From Monocercomonoides exilis PA203 (taxonomy: Eukaryota > Protista > Preaxostyla), in assembly GCA_001643675.2 (NCBI GenBank), contig LSRY02000012.1, positions 1,364,001 to 1,428,000 on the forward strand: a stretch of 64,000 nucleotides of DNA, read 5' to 3'. Position numbers and translations under genes: made by a program. Numbering within the stretch: the stretch's first letter is position 1; each line of letters starts with the position of its first letter. Of this stretch, positions 1-13,283 are shown in pieces. The notes under the pieces are model-generated. The model ran no database searches. It had not been told where the DNA came from and worked only from the letters and a program-made list of their open reading frames with translations.

Positions 1-1241
1 TTGCTCAGCAGGAAACAGCAATAAATTCTTCGCAAATGGCAGCCTGCGCTCCAGAACAAAGCATTCAAACGAATCTTTTATCAAAAGTTGCTGCGCAGTC
101 GCTTTTCGTTACAGGAGAAGGAGGATTCATCGGACGTCATTTTGCTTCGATGATCAGAAATAAACATGGAGAAGTGATTTCTCGAATCAGATGGAATGGC
201 GGAGGCATTGCAATGGATCGGGCAAAAGACACTTCAGAGCTGAAGGGGATTGTTCATATTGGATTTTCTGTTAATTTATTCAATCAATTTGACCAGTTAA
301 AGCAAGAAAGCTTCCTGTTATTGGATTATTTGATTGAACTGTACAGCAAAATGGTTATGTCGCCAAAGAATACATCTTCTCTTCTTTCTGCATCTTCTTC
401 TGCATCTTCTTATTCTCCATCAACAAATCGATCAACTATTCCATTCATATTTGTTTCATCTACGAGTGTGATTGATAATTCGCCAAATGATATATTCAAC
501 AACCGTCTTGTCCCTCTGAAACCCAAAATAATGCCTCATTCTCCATATGGACTGTGCAAGATGATGTGTGAATACTCACTCTCTTCGTTTGTTAAAGCAC
601 TGAATCAAAAAGCAGCATCACAAAGCACTGCTGACTCAGCACTTTCAATTGCCAGCAATGTGAGTGTGAAGGTGATCCGTCTTCCTGAAATAACATTCAA
701 CAGACAGACGGGTGAAGGCAACGCAAACGATTGGATTGTTCGGCTGGCACTCGGATGCATTGCAGCGCGCTGTGTCCCAGTTGTGTGCCATTCCATTGAC
801 ATATTGCCAGTTGATGTCGTTTGCGATTATATCGAGAAAACGATTGTGGATGTTCAAAACAAAGATGCGCAGAAAGAACAAGTGAATGAACATTCGGGTG
901 CAAACGCTCAGTTCGAAGTGATCAATTTGCGGGGGCAGATCGTAAGCCTGACACCATTTCTTGTTGCGCTTCTGTCGCTTCTTCCTGTTTCTCTTCCGTT
1001 TGAGCTGGTTTCTCTGGGGGAGTTTGGAGTAATCATCAAAGATCGCCCAACAAATCCAGCATTTCCTTTGCTTCATACTATCCATTCGTTGGGCACCGTT
1101 GAAGATCTGCCTCAGTTTGATAACATTCCTCTTTCAAAGAGCTCATCTCCAACATCACTGTTAAACGAAGAGATGATGAAAAAACATGCCGCTTGGCTTT
1201 GGAAAATTTATCAAGAGCAAAAGAGTAAAAAATTGAATTGA
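1..1241 (+). CDS. C-terminal thioester-reductase (extended SDR, NRPS/Lys2/CAR-type R) domain; 5'-truncated by the window edge
   Basis: Rossmann motif FVTGEGGFIG, FVSSTSV, catalytic YxxxK (YGLCK), and RLPEITFNRQTGEGNANDWIVRL...DILPVD resembling the R-domain consensus RPGxITG...N.DD...VPVD. The frame is open back to the window start. Confidence 0.7.
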   Translation, partial: AQQETAINSSQMAACAPEQSIQTNLLSKVAAQSLFVTGEGGFIGRHFASMIRNKHGEVISRIRWNGGGIAMDRAKDTSELKGIVHIGFSVNLFNQFDQLKQESFLLLDYLIELYSKMVMSPKNTSSLLSASSSASSYSPSTNRSTIPFIFVSSTSVIDNSPNDIFNNRLVPLKPKIMPHSPYGLCKMMCEYSLSSFVKALNQKAASQSTADSALSIASNVSVKVIRLPEITFNRQTGEGNANDWIVRLALGCIAARCVPVVCHSIDILPVDVVCDYIEKTIVDVQNKDAQKEQVNEHSGANAQFEVINLRGQIVSLTPFLVALLSLLPVSLPFELVSLGEFGVIIKDRPTNPAFPLLHTIHSLGTVEDLPQFDNIPLSKSSSPTSLLNEEMMKKHAAWLWKIYQEQKSKKLN

Positions 1242-2450
1242 TTTTCACAAATAAAATAAAAATTGTTATGTTTATTTAAAAAGATAATTAAAAGAAACTG
1301 TATAGAGGATTGTGTTTAAGCAAATTGTAATTGCTGTTCTTTTTTGTTCACTTTCATATTATCTTTGTCAAATTGCGCTTAAAAAATAAGCAATTTCGTG
1401 TGAATCGGAAATTATTCTTTTTTGCACAAAAAATAAACTTATCTATTGAAATAAGAATTGTAATTAGTTCGTTTTGATTCAATTTTCTGTTTCCGCTGAT
1501 TTTTACAATTCTTTTTGAATCGTGTTTTAGCTTCTATCAAACATTATTAGATGCTCATTAGTTGCCAGATTTTTCAAGTAAATGTTGAAAATTATCTGCA
1601 GCTTATGGAGCTCGAAATATTTTCATTTGCTTAGATTTTTCAGTTGTGAGGTTCAAGTGTCTTGTTGGAAATGTTTTTAATTTTGCGTTAAATGTATTTC
1701 ATTTTTAGTGCATCGAGGGATTAATTTGAAATTATAATTAATTTGAAAACACAAAAAGCACAAATTTCACACAATGTTTCTTTATCGAATAAATGAGCAA
1801 AGAAAACTTCATGGCAAGAACTACCTTCAGCAAAGAAAAAAGTAATTTAAAAACAGAAAAATGTTTGCAAGAAAAACAAAAATGCAAACAGACAAAAATC
1901 AAATTTTGAGGAAATAAAAAGAGAAAAATTCTTCACATCTTTTAACAATCACAAATAATATTCTATCAATTCTGGAAAAGCAGAGACAGTGAAAATGAAA
2001 ACTTTAACCTTTAAATATTCAGAGAAAGCCACAAAAAACATTATACATAACATAATTAAACTGAATATTTGTAAGTATCACAGAAAAGATGGTGAAGAAA
2101 AAGACTTCGAATATTATAAATAGCTTTTCAAAAAAAGCTTAAAAAACAAAAAGGAAAAAATAAATTTAAAACAAATGGAAATAAAAAGGTAGAGTTCTAT
2201 AAGTTCATTTGTCCTCTTCGATTTTGAAAACACACAATCAGAAACAATAAAATGAAAATATGCTCTTTGAAATACTTTAAAAGAAAAAATAATCCAATTT
2301 AACATTTTAAAAAAATTAAATACATATTTTCCAAAGCACAAAAATTAAATCGGTTCAAACTTTATTTAAAAAAAAGCCAAAGAATCTTGACAGAACAGCA
2401 AATATGAATGGAATTACAAATACAGCACAGCACGTCGACTCAACTTATCA

Positions 2451-5400
2451 TTAATGGATCGTTTGCTTTTGTGAATGGAGTAATGACAGTGAAGAAGAAT
2501 ATGCCGGCGGAGTCTGAGGAGGCGAAGGAGGAGAAGAGTGTGGAGTGTATGTGTTTGGCTGAGCAGAAATGAATGGAGAATTTGTCGAAGAATGGAACAT
2601 TTCATTAAAATTCAATGAGCGAGACGTCAGAGGAGGAGTCTGTGCTGAAGAAGCAGGCAGCGACTGTGTGAGTGTGTCAATCGTGGCTGAGAGCGAGTAT
2701 TTCGAAGTGACTGTGAAAATCGAAGACTGGTTCTGCTGCAGTGTGGACGGGTCATGCATCTCTGTTTTGTTTGTGTGGATGCTCGCTTCATCGTCTTTCA
2801 CTTGGTCGTCAGCACTTCGAATGGAAAACGCTAATAAATGCGACTTTTGATCGGAATCCTGAAGCAAATGGCAATCCTGATGGTTGTTAATTGAATAGTC
2901 TATCGAATTCTCCTCCTTTGTCATTCCCAAGCAGCACGAATCTGACATCTTGAGAGAAATAGGCAGACACGGAATGAAATCTGAGGAGCGCACCTGCGAA
3001 GATGCTTCCGACCGCACACTCGACACCGTCTGTGACGACGATGAAGTTGCTGAAAATGTGCCACGCGCAATCGGCGTGAGAGAAGCAGCAGGCGAGAGCA
3101 CCTCGCTTCCTGGCTGTGTCTCGCTCTCTTTGCCGACTGAAGGGAAGAGCTCTTTGATGGACGGATGGCCAAAGGAATTCCGCGGGGCAGAGGCAAACGA
3201 CAGGGCACTGAACATCTTCGTGACAGAATGCACTGGAAATGACATCGACGACTCCGGATGTGACTGAGCACGGGGCTGAAACAGAGTGGACGATGACGAC
3301 TGTACTGTTGTGAGGGAGGTCGGGTTCGTAGGCGGAATCAAAGAGTAGTCAGATGTGGCGGGCGAGCTTACTGTCGGTGGACAAGACTCGGGTGTATGCG
3401 CAGCAGGAATATCGACCTCTTCATTGGCACACTCAAACAGACTGGCGGGAGGAGTCATTTGACGCTGCTCAGCGTTGATGAAGAGTGGAGTGTGACACAA
3501 AGAAGGTGTGGCAGATGCAGCTGGAGCAGCAGCCAGATACGACGACGAGGCTGAAGACGGTGGTCGCTCCATACAAGGCGCTGTGCGGTTATCTTCCTCG
3601 CACTCGGAGGAGTGTTCCGAAAGCGTCGGCGACGAAAACTTGCTTGACGCAAACATCGACGCGATGGTTGCTGAGCGCGCAAGTCCGTGCGAAGACGGAG
3701 GCACCGACTGGCTTTCAGAGGGCGAGTGTGCGTGTGCTGCCTGCAAGTCTCCCAAGTTCTGTTCAGAGTGCCAGTTGGAGATGTCCCGAAACGAGTGGTG
3801 CTCCACGTCTTTCGGCGGCCGCTGGATGGTCAGATGGGAAGTTGCATAGAAAGTGTCTGAGCTCTGAGTGAGAGATGACATCGACAAGGTGTCGCTCTGA
3901 TGGCTTGTGGAGTAGTCGTTTTTATGCGGCGAGTGCAAAAAAGAAGGAGACGACTTGAAATCAGCTGAGCTGATCGGAGATTTCGGTGCGAACGGAGACA
4001 GATCGCTGCCTGAAGAGTCTTTAATGTCAGAAACATCTGAGAAATGGCGAGGAAACGCAGAAGCCATTCTTTCTTCAACAGAGACATTGTGCAATTCCTG
4101 GCTGAGGTCACTCACTGGCAGTCTTTCTGACTTGACAGAAGAGAAAGAAGGCGAATAGTCGCCTTTGTTCCGCTGCGACTTGGCAGAATGCGAAGAGACT
4201 GACAAATAGTCAGAATTCAAACAGCTTTTGTTTGAACGCGAAGATAAAGGAGCACATGATGCATTTGTGTTTAATGAAGGATGAATTGACGGATATTCTG
4301 TATTAAGTGGCACGGCATCAGCTGGGCTATGACTAAGTTCAGAAGAAGCGGAATTATCTTCTTTCAGCACAGATTTCGGCTCAGGAATGGAAGAAGGCTG
4401 TGGAGTGGCTTGAGGTGTGAGTGAATGCTGTTCTGTGGGAGGCAATGGCAGATTTGTGTGAGGTGGAAATGGCTGGCTGGGGTAGTGAAAAGAAGGTGAA
4501 TGGAATGGCGGGTGAAATGCAGAAGTGTCTGAAGGGGTGAGTTTGGGAAGAAGAGGAAAGCGAAGATTGGAAGGCAGTGCTGGTGGAGCAAGTGGTGTCT
4601 GGTGCATTTGGGGCACTTGGATCATTGGTGGTGCTGGAGGAGCAGGAGGAGCAGGAGGAGCAGGAGGAGCATGAGGTTTCTGAAATAGAGAAGAGCTAAG
4701 GCGAGCCGTGGTGGTGTATGAAGTGTGGAATGGTGAGTCTGTCTTCAGACGGTAGAGCGAAGGATCAGCAGCTGTTATATGGACAGAAGATGAGAAATTG
4801 TGTTTAAGTGGATGAATCATTTGAGGTGTGGGTTCGAAGAGAGGATTTGCTTGTTGATGTGGAGCTGGCCATCTGGTTGATGCAGGTGATGTGAAGGAAG
4901 TCTGTGGTATCTTTGGCTGAGTGGAGATTGGCAGATGAGGAGAGCTCGTATGAAGTGACAGTTTTGAAAGAGATGCATTAAATGGACTAGCAAAAGTCTT
5001 CGTTTGTGGTGGTGTGTTGGAATGAAGCCAGGTTGGTGCTCTTGAACTGACTTGTGTGTTCTGAAGATAATCAAGTGGAGTTGAAGCATATGGACGAGGA
5101 GACGATGTCGGGGTTTGTATATAAATTGGTGGGGGAAGCTTAGGCAAAGGCTTATTCTGTGCAGGAATACCAGCTGAAGGCAGGCTGATTGGAGAAGCAG
5201 TCATCAAGTTCTGATGCATTGGTATTGGAGGAGGCAATAAGAATTGGTTGGGCATGCTTTGAAATTTGCCTTGCTGTGTTCCATTTGAAATTGCTGGTGG
5301 AAATAAAGTTTTAATCGGAGTTTGCGCTGGAGGAAAGGCTTTCGATGAGCCAGGCATCTGAAGCAAGTTATTAGTTGCTTTGTTTTGTTTGTCTGAAGCC

Positions 5401-6183
5401 AAGAAAATGTCATTTGATTCCGTTTCACTTGGACTTGTGCAACTCTTAACCATCAATCTTTCTTTCTTTCTTTGCTTTGTTTCCGCAAATCGCACAGTTA
5501 ATTGGGGATGAAGTGGGTCAAGTCTCTTTCCGTGAATTTCTTTTTGTGCTGCCATTGCATCTTCCAAATGACGAAAGCGAACAAAACCGATTTGCCTGCT
5601 TCGTTGTGTTACAGGATCAACCATAATTTTAACCTCTTCTATTTCTCCAAATTGTCTAAACAGCTGAAATAGTTCGGCTTAACGATTAATGATTTCATAA
5701 AGAATGAAAGTTTTGAACAAAATTTTGTGATGAAATTGAGATTTCAGCAAATCGCATATATTGAAAAGAATACCTTCATTCATATAGTTCGTCAACGGCT
5801 TAACATATAAATTTTCGTTTGGAGGGTCAGGTTCAGGTTCTTTAATCACATTCGAAAGTCTCACAAGTAATGTCTTTCCTTCAAATTGTTTTCTGTTCCA
5901 TGCCTTTATTGCTGCTTGAGCTTCTTCTGGCTTTGAGAATCGAACAAATCCAATTCCCAAACTTTCTCCTGTGTTCCTTCGAATCTAAGAATTTCAATAG
6001 TAATTTTCAACGAAAAAAATTGCAACTTACCATTATTTTTGCAGATTTCACAGTTCCAAATTCAGAAAAAATCATATTGAGTCGTGCATCGTCAATGTAA
6101 CTTGGAAGATATTTGATAAAAACGTTATATGGATCAAGTTGCTCATTTTGTGTTAATTTTCTATTTTCCACTTTTTTGGACAT
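2451..6183 (-). CDS. RNA-binding protein with two N-terminal RRMs (ELAV/RBMS-like) and a ~1000-aa Pro/Ser-rich tail; 2 introns
   Basis: Spliced reading: NVFIKYLP...KIM|IRRNTGESLGIGFVRF (RRM1) and NLYVKPL...E|AELFQLFRQFGEIEEVKIMVD...QIGFVRF (RRM2). GT-AG introns at about 5985-6030 and 5679-5772. Confidence 0.85.
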
Positions 6184-6410
6184 AGCTGTATTTAATTGAT
6201 TTCAAAATGAATAGATTAATAAATTATAAGGTTCATTTTATAAATATATTTCAACAAACGCTATTTCCCTATGTGAAAGTTACTAAAAAAACAAAAATAA
6301 TTACTAAATATGGTTATATAAATTTTGAACAATTCTGTTCATATTAAAAAATATCGAATGTGAAATTTTCCTATTTGACAAATGAATATATGTGAACACA
6401 AAATGTTTAA

Positions 6411-8906
6411 CTATCGAGAAGATGAGGATGGTTCCTCTTCTTCTTCATCTGTTGGTATTGTTGATGTGATTCTTTCTTTTTCAATAAGTTGAGAAACACG
6501 CTCCATTTTGGAAAGAAGTAGTGTGACTGATGATGTCCAGTTATCCAACACACCAACAGATGAAAAAGGCTGCACAAAGTTTATTGTTCTAATTTTAAAC
6601 GAAAAATAATTCAAAAAAAATTAAATAAAAAAAATATTTATTAAAGACTAATCATACCCTTCAGGTCGATTAATTTTGCCGTATATCTCTTTTGATACAA
6701 CCATTCGAGAAACAACTTTTTCAGTTTCCTAAAATCGATTTTTTTAAAAAAAAATAAATAAATAAAATAAAATTAAAATACAAAAAAAAATTGAATGAAA
6801 AAAAAGAAATTTCATATCAAAGAGTTATTCGCATTTAATATTAAAATAGTTACAAACTTCTTTTGAAAGAGAAAGGAGTTCAGCAAGGCGACTGAAATGC
6901 ATTTGCTTGTAGAACTTTGCAATGACTCTGAGATCCTGTGAAGAGCATAAAACAGCATTGTATAATCATGTCAATAAAAAGTGAGAAAAAAAGAAGGGAA
7001 AATAAAAATAAAAATAAAAATAACAAAATTTAAGTGCTTGTTTATTCAAAAATGTCATCTCTCTATTTCTCATCATACGTGTTCTGTTATTCGCTGGTAC
7101 AACTTTTCTAAAAACGTTTTCTTCAGTTCTTCTTTGTTGTTCAAAAAAGAACACTGATTTTCACCTGAATAACAAATGTCAATGAAATAGTACAGTAAAA
7201 TTATTTGATAAATGAAAAATACAGAAAAAAGTATTGGGGAAAAAAAGCTTATGAAATGTGAAAGAGAAATATGATATTTCAAACCTGCAATTGGTATATT
7301 TCCTTCAAAGATTGGAGATTCAGAGAGAAGAGAAGGCACAACATGCTGCTTGACAATCGGAAGATCGATTCGCTCATCTTTCAAAAACGACTCCGCAACC
7401 ATTCTTTTTAATAAAGAAAGACAAAATGCAAAAAGAATATTCATTAACAAAAGATGTTTAAAAAGAATAAAAAGATTTAATATTTTTATGTTGAAAATTC
7501 AACAATAATGATGCAATAACTCATTTCAATAACAAAGGGTAAAAAAAGTAATCCCAATTTCGAACATAAAAACTCCTCTTTAATGGCTCTTAACTCAAAT
7601 CACAATAACACAGCATACGAAAGGGTCTTAAACTTGTTTGATGCCTTTGTCTCCTTCACGCAGTCCATGTTCAGATCCCTTTGCTCTTCGCTCAGAGGCG
7701 CCATCACAACAAACGAAGCAAAACCAGCAAGCGCCATGTCGAGTGTAGCAATAACTTCCTCTCTCCTCTTCTCGCCTTTTGTTTTGACTTCGTCAATTTC
7801 CATTTTTCCTGATTCTTCTTTTTCATTTTCTTTTTCTGCATCAGCTTCGTCTTCTTCTTTATCTTCCCATCCTTCCCATCCGCCTGTTTGCAATGATTTT
7901 TGATCTTTCTTTAGCTTCTCTTTTTCGCATGCCTTGTAAATTGCTCGATAATCCCTGGCAACAGAAATGTAATCATCTTCGTGCAAATGAATCATAATCA
8001 TTTGTGTGTAATATGCAACCTAATCATCAGTTGATAAAGAATTGGATAAAATATATTTGTAATAGTAAATTAATAAATAAAAATTGAATGCGCACATAAT
8101 GCTTTTCTGTTTGCTTTAGAGAAAATTTCTTCGCTTGTATGCCTGCTTGAATGAAATTGTCAACTGCCAAATTTAATCTTACTTGTTCGATAAGGATTTT
8201 GGCTCTCTCATCACGAGAAAGTGTGCCTGCTGTTTCCACTTGCACCTCCATCAGTACGTCAGCGGCTTCCTTCAATTTTCCCAACCTTTCATACATATAT
8301 GTTAGCATTCTTGTCAATTCTATCCTCAATGCTTCGTATGCAATCTGAACGCAAAAACAAAAATGTTCTTTGCAAAACCAAAGAAAAATAAAATTAGCAC
8401 AAACGTTTCCATCTGTCACCCTTCTAAGGGTTTGGATAAGTGCGACAGCAATTTCGCCATCAGGTAATTGCTTTGCAAGTTTTGAGCAATGCTTAAATAA
8501 AGATTTCAATGACTATATCGTGAAACAAATAAAAAATCATTATATAGCTATGTGCATAGAATCAAAAGCTTAAAATGAAACCTCAATTATTGGTCCACGG
8601 ACTTTTGTCAATTCTTCAATGCGATTGTTCAATTGTTCCCACATTTTTCCATCAAATAAGTATTGTGCAGTAGCAATAAGAACCTGTGTTTCGCTTTCTG
8701 CGTCTTGTTGCTGTATGAATAAAACATAATTTACCAAATTATTGTTAAAAATTAATGAAACAAACTTTGCGGTATGTTCGTTCAGCAACGGATAAGCATT
8801 GCATGACACCTTGAAAATCGCCTTTTTCATGTAGTTTTTTAGCTGTCTCTAATACCTGTGCAATCGGAACTTTCTCTGGATTTTTTGAAGGCTCAATATC
8901 CATCAT
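6411..8906 (-). CDS. RPN5: 26S proteasome lid subunit RPN5/PSMD12, about 10 exons
   Basis: LRRVTDG, EAADVLMEVQVETAGTL, KILIEQVRLNL, QRITEH|DLRVIAKFYKQM, IYGKINRPEG and C-terminal LDNWTSSVTLLLSKMERVSQLIEKE all match PSMD12. The start could be 8930. Confidence 0.9.
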
Positions 8907-9133
8907 TCTTATCAAATTTTTATGGGACATTTTTATTCACCATTTTGTCAACTCAATAAAAACGATATGAATATTTCATTAATTCATGAATAAACTTCTT
9001 TTTAGTTAAATAAAAAGATATTAACTTAAAATTTGCAATTGATTTATTATTTACAAATAAACAATAAAAGATCATTTTTGAAAAAATTAAAGATGTAAAG
9101 GAAATGATTGTTCTGAAATGAATTTTCTTTTAT

Positions 9134-9626
9134 TCAAGCAGATATTCTTGTGGCTCTTCGAGTTGCATCCTGAAAGAAAATATTTAAAAAAAAACAAACG
9201 TTAAACAAAAGAACAAACTTCCATCTTTGCAAGATCAACAGTTTTTGGATCAAGATGAATGTATCTAACTACAGAACCTCTAACAAAGCAGGATTTAACA
9301 TATTCCTAAATCAGCAAAATTTATATCAATCACATTCAATAAGAGGAACAAAACTCACAGAAAAAACATATAATTCCAAACCATATGCGGGTATCTTGAA
9401 GTGTCAAGTGTTGATGTATTTGTAAGTTTAAGGTTTAAATATTGATCAACTCCTTGGAGTATGCCTCGAATTGTGAGGTCATTTTTTAATTCAACTGTGA
9501 TTTCCTGCCCAATGAGCTGGGAAAACATCGAAACAAATATTGGTGAATTCTAGCAATCGAAGTTAAATTTTTTATTAATTCAAAGAACTGTTTTCAGTAG
9601 AAAAAATCAAAACACACAAGAGCCAT
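9134..9626 (-). CDS. LSM2: U6 snRNA-associated Sm-like protein LSm2 (4 exons; missed by the ORF track)
   Basis: Spliced product MAL|NSPIFVSMFSQLIGQEITVELKNDLTIRGILQGVDQYLNLKL...YPHM|EYVKSCFVRGSVVRYIHL...|DATRRATRISA*. Confidence 0.92.
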
Positions 9627-9964
9627 TTTGATCTTTCCCTTCATTTTATAATAATCAAAATTGTCTCTTGATTTAAAGATAAATGAATGAAAAATAAAAT
9701 GAATGTTTTTTACTCCTCCTAGCAGTTGGATATAGTGTTGAAAGAAGATGTTGTGAGGATGAAAGAAAGATGGCTCTCTTAAACACAACCCAACAATGCA
9801 CAGAAATGACAGAAAAAAGAACAACATAATAAAAACAACAAAAAATAAATTCAAAGTTAGAAAGCACTGATATAGAATAAGAATAAGAAAGATAAAAATT
9901 AAAAGGAAGTGCAATATAAAAAAAAAAATCTCTCCCAGTGCATTGCGTTTGCTCTCAATCTCAA

Positions 9965-12090
9965 TTACTCCTTGTCGTCAGCGTGTGGAAGTGGGCCTGT
10001 GAATTTCCATTCTTTCTGAGTTGTTTGGCTCTTTTCGAGGAATGAGTAGTCGTACTGTGTGTTCTTTTCCTTGTTGGCAAGATAGCTGCTGTCTGCCCAC
10101 TTGACGTCAAAGAAGTGTGCGTTCCATGTCTCGCCACCACGTGTCGATGTTTGGAGAACAGAATATGGACTTTATTTGTCATTTCATTATTGATAAGGAA
10201 AAAAATAAAGAGTAGAAATAAATAAAATAATAAATAAATAAATAAATAAACGATATTAAATGGAATAAATAGCACACATCCAATAATAACCACAGTTGTC
10301 AGCATCATTTTCCAGAATATTCCTCTGCTCTTCAATCGGCTGCATCGCATCAGCCACCATTGAAGGCGGCACTTCTCCAATCACAAACTCGCCCTGTGTC
10401 TTTCCATCGGCCTTCAGAACAGTCACAAACGACGCTGTTGCCAGGCCATTTTCGTCGTAGCTGATTCCATCCAAGAAATACCTGTACTTCTCGTTATCGC
10501 ACTTGTATCTGTCTTTGTTGCGGCATTCAAACTCGATTGGCTGTCTCATCAGCTTCACCAGCTTGATCGCTTCTTCGTGATTCAAGCAGTGTTCAATATC
10601 CTTTTCTCCATCGTTCTTACGTGAATTCGCGTTTGCATTCAGATTTAATGTATTTTTCATTCTGCGCAGTGTTTCTTCGCCTTCTCGGCCTCTTCTCAGT
10701 CTCTTCTGAGCCATCTGCAATTTGGTCGTGATCAAATCTGAAGGAGACTGTGTCGAGTTGTTTGAATTGCTCCTTTCTGAATATGTGGGGCCTGGTTGCA
10801 GCGTCGTGCAGCTCAGCCAGTTTTCTGGGTTTTGTGCATTTGGACAGATCATTCGCTCGTCCCATGTCGAGTACTGGCCCATCCAGTATCCAAGGGAATG
10901 CGACCCTCTTCCTCCGCGGGTCTGGTGTGTTGCAGGGTCCCAGTCGTATGCCTGGTCGTGCCAGCTGTTCTTGATTGCAAAGCCTCCTTTCTCTCCATTC
11001 TCAGTGATCCACCAATCGTTGTACCCAACAATCTGCATGGAATGGCCACCTTCAGGCACAAAGCGTGTGTTCAGATACCATTCTCCATCCATGTTGTATC
11101 CGGGCTGCTCCATTTTCAAACATTTATCGTTGTCAGCATGCTTTGTTACGTATGTTGGGCATGTCTCTCTTTCTTCAAATATGCCACACATTGCAGAATA
11201 TGATTTATCATCCTTGTTATTCGCATTGCAGGGAATATAAAATACGTTAGTCCACACGTCCACATTGAAGGCAAGCGCTTCTTTCTTCATATACAGCAAT
11301 TCTTTTGTTTCTGGAATGTCATAGGTTATTTCCATTTTTGGTATTGTGAATCTGATTGGATTATTGTCTTTCGCGATCGTCTCATTATAGTTTGGACATT
11401 CCCATTCTTGTTCATCTTCGGGAAGATATTTGCAAAGAGATAACGGATACAATTTATCATAAAGATTTGTCATATAATAAATCTATATGAAAATAAAAAC
11501 GGAATATGAAAAAGAAAATTCAAATATTTTTCTATACCCATGCTGGTTCGCCACCACTTGTTGAATTCATTTCTGGACCATTTTGAAGGCCTTTGCATGT
11601 GTAATAATTTTCTTCTTTTTGGCATTCTTGAACAATTGACATTCCAAACGCTTGAATTGAAAAAGGAACATATTCATTTTCTTTCAAAAATCCTTTTTCG
11701 ATTCCATTTTTTCGATAGGAATGTTCAAGTTCTCCAACAAGAGCTTGAACCCTGTGATGCAAAAAAAGAACAACATTTGAATAATTGATATTATCCATTA
11801 AAAAGCAATCAAAAATCAAACCAGCATGTTCCTCTGTTATCTTGAAATGTCATTGGAGGCGCATATGGAGCAAAGTAACGTGTAGGCAATACAACTTCAG
11901 CTCGGGGAGATGGCTCGTCTATATGTTTCGTTGCTGTTGGTTTTATTGTTAAGCCAGAGAGAATTATTGCAGGCAAAGATATTATTGATATTGCTACGAG
12001 AAAGAACACAATTAGTATATTAAATATGTGACTTTCTTTTGTGCGCGTATGGTTAACTTCAACGTCTTCGTCTTTCAAAGATTTTTCCAT
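9965..12090 (-). CDS. Papain-family (C1A-like) cysteine peptidase with an N-terminal transmembrane anchor; 4 exons
   Basis: QDNRGTC-W (oxyanion Gln and catalytic Cys, Trp codon split by an intron), GGHSMQIVGYND (His), IKNSW (Asn), CGYYW|IPY. Hydrophobic N-terminal segment IFNILIVFFLVAISIISLPAIILSGL. Confidence 0.85.
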
Positions 12091-12230
12091 TTCCAAGTTT
12101 TAATTGATCTTGTGTATTATTAAAAAATTAAATCCCACTTTTATTTAATTGAAATATTCAATTAATCTTTAACGCGTTATTCATCAAATTAGAACGACTA
12201 AATTTTTGAAATATATTTAATTTGTTATTG

Positions 12231-13131
12231 ATGAGTTATCAAAAAGATTTGCTTATGAGGATTGATGCAATGATGCAGCAAATGAAAGATGAAATTAAAC
12301 AATTTTATTTATGCATGAAAGAGATGTTTGAGAATATATTTCCATATTTGGAGAGTGAAGAAGTTGATAAACTTCAACTTGCATATACAACTGTGACATC
12401 CTTAGATGATTCAACTCCTCTGAAAGAAGCATTAAAAATGCGCGATACTGTTGGAATGATAACTGCAGAACAGGTCGAAGCATATGATCAATCAATATCA
12501 ATTTTAAAAAAACGTCATGTATGATTTTTTTTAGCTTTCAAGTTAATATTTTTCGAATTTGTATTTAAATTTCATTATCTTAGTCTGATCAAATAAAAGA
12601 AGGCACAAAACTTCTTAAAGAAGTTCATGCATCGTTTAAGCAAAGAGAACTTGATAAAGGAAGGGTCTGAAATATGATACTTAAATTACGTTATTGTTTG
12701 TATCGTTCGAAATGAATTTTTCTTTTTTGTAGATTGTTCAAGCAGGATCTTTGCAACATATTGCAAAATCAATTGATCCTGCACTCAGATTAGATCATGA
12801 GGTTGAAGAAATTTTAATGGAAGAAACAGGAGAATTTTTAGATACACTGATTAAATCAGCTTGCGAAGTAGCTTCGTACAGAAAGGCAGATACTGTTGAC
12901 ATTTGTGATGTTCAGACTGTTTTAGAATTAAAATATGATATGAAAGTTCCTTGGCCTATCACTCAAACTTCTGGATCATCTTCTTCCACAACGTCAAGTG
13001 TTTTGTTTAAACCAGCTCCATTTGTTATGGAACCCACTTCAACACCATTTCATCAAAGGCGGCTTGCTGCTGTTGCAAAATCTCGTGAAATACAAAAGAT
13101 TCTCAGTAAAGGAGAAGAAGCTGCAAATTGA
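12231..13131 (+). CDS. TAF12: TFIID subunit TAF12 (histone fold), 3 exons
   Basis: LQHIAKSIDPALRLDHEVEEILME...FLDTLIKSACEVASYRKADTVDICDVQTVLELKYDMKVP and HQRRLAAV match the TAF12 histone fold. Confidence 0.85.
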
Positions 13132-13283
13132 ACTTTTGGTTATATATATCAAATTAAAATTAAAATATATTAATTATTTTCATTTATTTTTTGCATTTCA
13201 TATGATTTTTTGTTTCATTTCGGTGAATTTTCAATAACTATTATGCTTGTGATCAGGACATCTTAATCTTATTACTTTTCAAA

